Positions 58,401 to 64,000 of a stretch of DNA of 64,000 nt are shown in pieces (position 1 is the stretch's first letter; each line of letters begins with the position of its first letter). Below the pieces are notes generated by a model. The model saw nothing but the letters and a program-made list of their open reading frames with translations. It was not told where the DNA came from and made no database searches. Source of the DNA: Nemertoderma westbladi (Eukaryota > Animalia > Xenacoelomorpha); the NCBI GenBank assembly GCA_032718475.1, contig JAUCBJ010007250.1:1-64000 (forward strand). The letters run 5' to 3'. Position numbers and translations under genes: made by a program.

Positions 58401-58635
58401 GATAGAATTCAGGTAACCTTACCTTTTGTTTGATCTCACCTCCAGACGCCATTGGTTGTTGTTGGTTAGCTGATTGCGCGTGGCTGAGCATAATTTTAAT
58501 AACAGTTAGGTTCTCTTTATCAAGTTCTTCAATGATTTCCTTTTTCGTTGCTGGCATTTTGAAATCGTCATTTTCAGCTCGTAATTGACTGAGAACTTCT
58601 TCCAGTTGGCTCTTACGGTAAGTGTTTAAAGACAT
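55417..58635 (-). CDS. gag-pol: Gypsy Gag-protease-RT-RNase H
   Basis: LPEFYPKDARVWFHQVE; CYYHFTYGKEASKCEPPC; LVDSGS; CGDYRKLN; MPFGLRNA; YIDD; TDASG; YTDHKPL; NIVADTLSR. Confidence 0.92.
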   Translation of the reverse strand: MSLNTYRKSQLEEVLSQLRAENDDFKMPATKKEIIEELDKENLTVIKIMLSHAQSANQQQPMASGGEIKQKVRLPEFYPKDARVWFHQVEAVLLGHSHSSMKSNLLAALPTEIILDAGVNVTDSFDIIRSNIITHLADSDDRRLRRLLAEQELGDRKPSAALRQMLRLAPGNEQVVRLRFLEILPPTISIVLSTLDDLNLERLSETADKMMEQHQSKTDQSSLFPVAHVTELGALQESQRLLVQSQQMLSDQINQINTQLRAMSSNREDGRGRSWQQRSLSRQRTPSRRRSESRSYNPTGPWCYYHFTYGKEASKCEPPCNWKDFSKASSTMPGNSNQNYNNTSDVNAIHVQALPIGELLVDSGSDLSILPPCFKMYLEELVPNSESLTAANHSSIKSYGKGKLSFSIPELSNKLFSWTFIVADVSQPILGLDFLHQHYNINIDCRNRKVYFRNLNSMNRTSVSCVNKVKNVSCEQSPIPKLQQPNSKHIPKRSQESDTTHKRESFRSNSRYFSSFKNNVILLLLILTSCYPCAYFLHNFKILPLFFIIGVMGSVVGLTLDDFTVGNEFIGCSGPPKIDLCLSDIYFQKSHKKGHPNINRITSDNRLNKITQKYKSVFASESLDAPVKHDIEHHILTTGPPCFSRPRRLYGEKFKIATKEFDDLLNSKIVERSESCWSSPLHLAPKTNGSWRPCGDYRKLNRLTVRDCYPMPNIADITNNCRGCNIFSKIDLKTAFHQIPVAPDDVKKTAITTPFGMFSFRRMPFGLRNASQTFQRLIDTTLYNLKFAIGYIDDILIASENIEQHYKDIETVLKRLEERGLKASISKCTFIQQEVLFLGYIVTKSGVRPNPEKIRAIDEFPRPKTISSLRRFLGMCGFYHRFTPNFSSIAAPLTDLTRSTKSKSEKFSFTPEADTAFIRLKEALKQTVTLSFPSPGAPLTITTDASGQAVGAVVHQMVEGKSEPLAFFSRKLTSTESKKSAFDRELLAIYTTLKHYDWLFGQVITIYTDHKPLVHCLNMKNPTPQQSRWLSFLSEFNCEIKHVAGKDNIVADTLSRPCSTISFDNLRELAEN

Positions 58636-61417
58636 GTCCGGGTCACCAATATGTTAGGGTCCGATATGAATCAAAATAAATTGTAAACTTTTATCTGACT
58701 AAGTAGTATAATTTCTAGATTGATCTAACCGAATAATAAATATTATATCCTACAAACAGCTGTACTACGTTGTATAATCTAAGTAAAGGTCATATTACTG
58801 GATGGTGTAAGAGTCAATGTATCGAGATTTGATTATCCCATTATAGTCATTTATATAAGGTATTTTTCCAGTGTTAATTACATTGCAATATAATTAAGGA
58901 TTAAAGCAATATACACTTTTATTGACTCTTACAATGCGCAAATCTATATTTTCCTTGTTTTCATTGCTAATTGGTGCTATTATAACTAATTTTTCAGTGA
59001 ACTCTGTTCTGATTGATCGGTGGCACAAGGTGCTTGATCCAAGTTTAACGTAATTATCGTATTCGGAATACATTGTTAAATTTCCTTTATTTTCGTACTT
59101 GGTGTAATTCTACTTTAATGTGCTGTATTTCTCAAATTTAGTTTAGTTAGTTCTGCCTTGTATGTACAATGGATCGTTTGTGTCCGAGATTATAAATAGA
59201 TAATAATAAATAATAATTGTCAACACTCCTGAGACTCCTACGTTACAAATGGGCGCGGTTTCCTGATGATGCTCCAGGCATCTTGACTTATTATTCCTCT
59301 TTCCTTTAAGATGGGACCGCACTACTCATTTAAGTTCCAGCAACGTGTTGATAGGGATCATTGGCTGAGAGTCAAATCTGGGTCTCCATGGAGTCGTGAG
59401 ATTAGAGCTTTGAAGGCTGTTGAGGAAGACATACTCCCTTTGTGTTTACACTGCGATCACTCACATTTGGGTTACTGCATGAAGGCCCTGACCAGGCATG
59501 CAAATGGATATTGGATATACAATCCCTATAAAATACCCTATAGAGGTGATGGGACCCCACAATGCCGATTCTGCAAGATATATTTGGTCATATTGATGCT
59601 GATTGTTTCCTTCTGTGACGGGACTTGAACAAGGAATTCGAGGTTTCAGCAATTGCCATTGAGCAAAGGGATAGGCGTGGAAACCAAGAACTACTTCCCA
59701 TTATTCAACAGAAGCCTTTTTGGTGGCATCAAGTGCATATCTTCAAACCAATATATTCAACGAGCACCTCAAAAATGATCTGACTGAAACATTCATATAA
59801 CTATGAATTTAAAGAATTATGGTTCATAAATTTTGCTAAATAAAAAATAAATATATTATATAGTGTTAATTAATTTATCAAATAAATGTGGTGTTAAGAA
59901 CCGAATCCACAAATGTTCTCACTTTGGATCTCGAGGGGCTAGTAGTTCTTCGCTGGATGCACTGTAATCCAGGGGTTAGAAGGTCTAATATGTCGAGCCA
60001 TCCTAAATCTTGTCTCAACTACCAGTACTAATTTTATCCAGTAGTCTTCCCACTAAGGTCCACCAAACACTGCTAAGCCCCCCTGAACAGTGGAAAAATC
60101 GATAATTTTCCTATTCAGGCGTACAGCTGTTGCTAACTACAGCAAATATTTAACCTCACCAGGGCTATGGTCTCTAGTAGGGATGGAATCAATTTTATTA
60201 CTCAAAGAAATGAAGCCTCACTAACTGAACCAACAGACAATCTCTAGTTCAGGGTTCGCACAAGGGCACGCGGCTAATTTAATTTTTATAATTTTATTAA
60301 AAATATATAAATTAAAACATGAATACCGAATGTGTAAAAAAACACAACACCGGTTTCTTTGTACTAAAATGTGTAATATAAAAAAAAAAAAATATATATA
60401 TATAATAAAATATGTACTAAAATAAAATAAATAAAAGAAATTAAATCCCAATTGTCCCTAATCTGGCAAATACAGTGCAGCGAGTACTACTCACTCAATT
60501 TCGAGTCGGCGAAGCCGTTGCCCAATGCGTCTATTAAACCCAACATCGCCTAAGTAATGCGCTAATAACTCAGCAAATACCTAATTTCAGTCCAAATTTA
60601 AACAATAATAAGGTGTGTTTTGTTGCGTCCCTAATTTAAATAATCGCTGCCCCTTATACTAAATTTTGGCTGAAATGGTTGGTTCTAATTATTAAACTAA
60701 AGCTCAAACAGTTTGTATATTCTGACTTAAAACGTTAGTACTTTAATACCGAATTGCGCTAAACAAATTTTGGTTATCAACTTTAGGTTGTCAAACTTAG
60801 ATTAGTCGGACTAAAACATTTAACATTTGGATATAACATTTGGACTAAACTTGGTCTAAAACAATGGGAAATATAAAATTTGGTCTAAAAACATTTGGAC
60901 TAAAATATCGAAGGTGTTTCCGGCCTGTCAACAATGTAAAACTGTTGCCAAAACCCGATATGATTTAAGAACCCCAACTGTAATCCCTCCCCAATAGTGC
61001 TCCTAAAAAACGGCCCCGGTACTTCCCTTCATGAATGCAAGCACAGCACCTGTCATCTGACATCCTTCATCCAAAACCCCTGCGCGCTTGGCGGATGCGT
61101 CCCTAACATCTCTCTATCCCATTATTACGTAACCCAATGTATGCTACCGGTACGTAGAGCAGTAGCAGGTACTGCTACAGTAGTGAAGCAGAAAATAACA
61201 CAGTCACGATAGTAACAGATTACATAATACTGTATTGCATAATCAGCAGTCATGCATATTTGCAACAAAGTTACTGGATTTCAGCAGTAAACCGTTAAAA
61301 TTTTACACAAAATCCATAAGTATATTCACAAATCGAAGAAAATCAGAAGGAATAAGTAGGCCTATAATAAGAATAACTTTTAATAATTAGCATTACAGTA
61401 TTGTTGTATTTAATGTC

Positions 61418-61540
61418 GACCGGGGTGATGTGTTAATTGGCAAAATGGATGTGAAAGACGCCTTTAAAACGCTGCCGCTTTCCAAATCTGACTGGTCACT
61501 CTTCGGAATATGCTGGCAGGGTTTATTTTTCGTTTATGTC
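61418..61540 (+). pseudogene. Short DIRS/Ngaro-like RT fragment
   Basis: Translates as KMDVKDAFKTLPLSKSDWSLFGICWQG. Confidence 0.55.
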
Positions 61541-62089
61541 AGAATGGTATTTGAGAGAATGCTATTTCAAATTTGATGCAATCTCAACAACATTTGGAGG
61601 CATTTCTCCTGATGAAATTAAACAGGTATTGGCAGGTAATCTGGCATTTATGAATAGGCCCCTGTTTTCGGATTTTCCGGGCCCCTCTCTGGGTCCTACC
61701 ACGCCAATGGAAGGATCTCATTTCAACTCTCAGAGATTGTTAGGTTAGTACAGTACATAGTTAACTAAAACTAATAGTTAAATAGTTATCGTAAAATATT
61801 AAGAATTTGTTACACCTTTACTACAGTAAGTTAACACACACAAATTTTCAGACACTTTCTTAAAAAAATGTAAATGTAGTAGGATTTACGAAAATATTTC
61901 GAGATAATTCACTTCAGGTTCAGAGATTTATATAAATATATAAATTACGATCCTCCATGAGTACTATGATCACAAATAATATTTGACCAATCACCATAAA
62001 TAAGAATTACCGTTTGCAAACAAACAATATTACAGTATTTTGCAAATACGCAGCCCATAACCAATATATCAAGTTTTATGAGGATAGTT

Positions 62090-62461
62090 TTAGGTGTTGG
62101 AGCACATATAATACTGGTGAGTGTGATCGTAAAAGTAGGACCACCAGCGTCGGAGGGAATCCTTTACTAGTAGAGGACATCCGTCTACTACAGCGGTATT
62201 AAACTTGGGATCTATATCGTTGACTCCCGGGACGAAGTAACCCGACCAACCACCTCCGAACCACTGGATGCGGTAAAATATGATCCTAGCATCGTATTTG
62301 TGCAATCCCAGGTAGGGGTACAATCCCGCCTTAAATTCACAATCCTCTGTTGGCCCTGCTGTGACCCATTTGCACTTTGCTTCGTTCACCACATGGGACA
62401 CAAACTGGGACTGAACCAAGATGGGGAGTAACACGATAGCGAGAAACATTTTCGGAACCAT
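62090..62461 (-). CDS. Small secreted Trp/Cys-rich protein, 123 aa (likely host gene)
   Basis: Hydrophobic signal peptide MVPKMFLAIVLLPILVQS, 4 Cys, single coding exon. Canonical 5' UTR intron at 62474-62884 (CAG|GTAAGT...TTTTCTCACTACAG|G). Confidence 0.75.
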   Translation of the reverse strand: MVPKMFLAIVLLPILVQSQFVSHVVNEAKCKWVTAGPTEDCEFKAGLYPYLGLHKYDARIIFYRIQWFGGGWSGYFVPGVNDIDPKFNTAVVDGCPLLVKDSLRRWWSYFYDHTHQYYMCSNT

Positions 62462-64000
62462 GATTGGAGATACCTGTAGTGAGAAAATAGTAGGAGAGAT
62501 TAATAAGGATGGATACGAAATCGAGTTGATTATACATTACATATATTTTATTGTAACGGACATAATTAATTACGGACTTAATTAATAAATCGTAACGGAT
62601 TAAGTTAGTTAATTTGAAGTATTTAAAAATATTAATTTGATTCCACTCTGTTATTTTGATGGTTTTTGAGATTTCTAGTTTACAATAATTTGAAAATTTA
62701 AAATCACAATAAGTAGGCCTAAATAAAGTCAATCTTGGCTCTCTTCGTTTTATACTGTATTAGGACCGTTTTGTATAAATTATATTGTTTTGTACTATAA
62801 TTGAAAAATCTACAACGAAATCAAGTTGAAGTGATAATTGTTCATTATCATACAGTATAATTGATATGAAGTAGAGGGACTTACCTGAAACTCCACAACA
62901 CTTATTAACAAAAAAAATATTGAAACTTTAATGTCGACTTCTACAAGTACAATATGGAAAATAGCATATGAGTGAAATAAATGGTTGAAGATGTGGTTCC
63001 TATAGAAATAGCTCTTATATCTGATGTCTATTAATCTTATAGATATGGCTTTCTATGCCGTTTACATCACAATACGTGTCTTTATACTGCGTAACAATCT
63101 AATGATAACATCAAAAGATATGACAAGTGGATCATTAATGAACTTCAGAAGAAAGTTGAAATTATAAAAGAGCATTTATGATAAACCACAAGAACTTATT
63201 CTGTCTTATGTTCCTTAATTGAACAAGAGGTAGTCCTAGAGTTTCATAACTTCAAAGTTAATTCATTGATATCAAAGTTGCTGTTCGTATTGCAGTTCTT
63301 TCAAACGTCTAACAAGCACGTGCACCTTATAAATAGTGTACTGTAGTCTTACATAATCGAGAACTGCGTGTCTTTGAAGATCTTTTGAAGATAAATTATT
63401 ACACATCAATTTAATATGGTTATACTTAGCAGTCCTTTTGATGTCATCCTAATTGTCAAATATAATTGAAATGCATAAGCATCGTTTCATGTAAGAGACA
63501 AGTAAACCTACAGCTCTACATAGGTCTACTGTTACAGTATTAATAGGTACCATATGGAGGGATAAGAACATCACACTCACTCACTTATCCATCCATTCTT
63601 CAGAGTTATTTCTGTCCGATATTCAATTGCAGTCAATCATAGTATATTTACTTGTAAAAGATTTGATCAGGTAAGTTCCATCAATATTTTTATTAGATTA
63701 TTACAATACATAGCTACCATACTCTTTAGAAATGTAAGTAGTATGCATATGTAGCTTTCGGCTTTTAAACAACTCGTTAACGCAGCTCAGATACCGTTTT
63801 GTTTTCAGCTCGTAAATGTAGGTATTATCTATCATGAAATGGAATTGATTTAGGGAAACGCAATGAAAGGATGAAAGTATAACAGCAAGCGCGTCAATCT
63901 TTAACTTCATATAAATATACTAAACCTATACACATACTTGTTACTCATACATACCGAGATTATTAATTTTAGATTTTTACATTTACTATACAGTACTGTA

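Larger units (their letters stand above)
53716..58933 (-). mobile_element. Ty3/Gypsy LTR retrotransposon with tRNA-Trp-like PBS
   Basis: 282-bp LTRs at 53716-53997 and 58652-58933 (TG...CA, 2 differences seen). TSD ATGCG at 53711-53715 and 58934-58938. PBS TGGTGACCCGGAC at 58636-58648 (minus). PPT GAGGGG near 54003-54008. Confidence 0.95.
49320..59217 (+). mobile_element. Two-ORF APE-type LINE (RTEX/L2-like), interrupted by a Gypsy element
   Basis: ORF1 plus APE-RT ORF2. Coding resumes after the TSD at 58934. (TAA)n-like tail at ~59191-59217. 5' end approximate. Confidence 0.82.

Noticed and set aside
59311-61212. Short ORFs and possible MITE fragments
   Set aside because: No recognisable motifs, paired termini or TSDs.

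Overview
AT-rich metazoan (probably invertebrate) DNA made almost entirely of nested transposable elements. It holds three related BEL/Pao LTR retrotransposons. A (7386-26333, +) is intact, with near-identical 1921-bp LTRs and TSD GAGAC. A sits inside ORF2 of B (5224-42058, -, decayed, TSD CATAT). B sits inside an old LINE endonuclease gene, next to the partial element C (1-~4512, -). Further right are a 153/456-bp satellite, LINE and DNA-transposon remnants, a foldback MITE with 9-bp TSD, a two-ORF LINE split by a Ty3/Gypsy element (53716-58933), and one small secreted-protein gene. Main observation: none of the three BEL/Pao elements has a tRNA (TGG) primer-binding site. In each, the 11-13 nt just after the 5' LTR are exactly complementary to an element-specific sequence inside its own LTR, which points to self-priming. 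A (intact) and B (decayed) also carry an extra ORF with a WRN/EXD2/RNase D-like 3'-5' exonuclease plus zinc knuckles. A additionally has a Pol III (tRNA-like) module in its LTR and 14 dispersed copies of a 20-nt hairpin motif. Family assignments come from motif recognition by eye, not from database searches.
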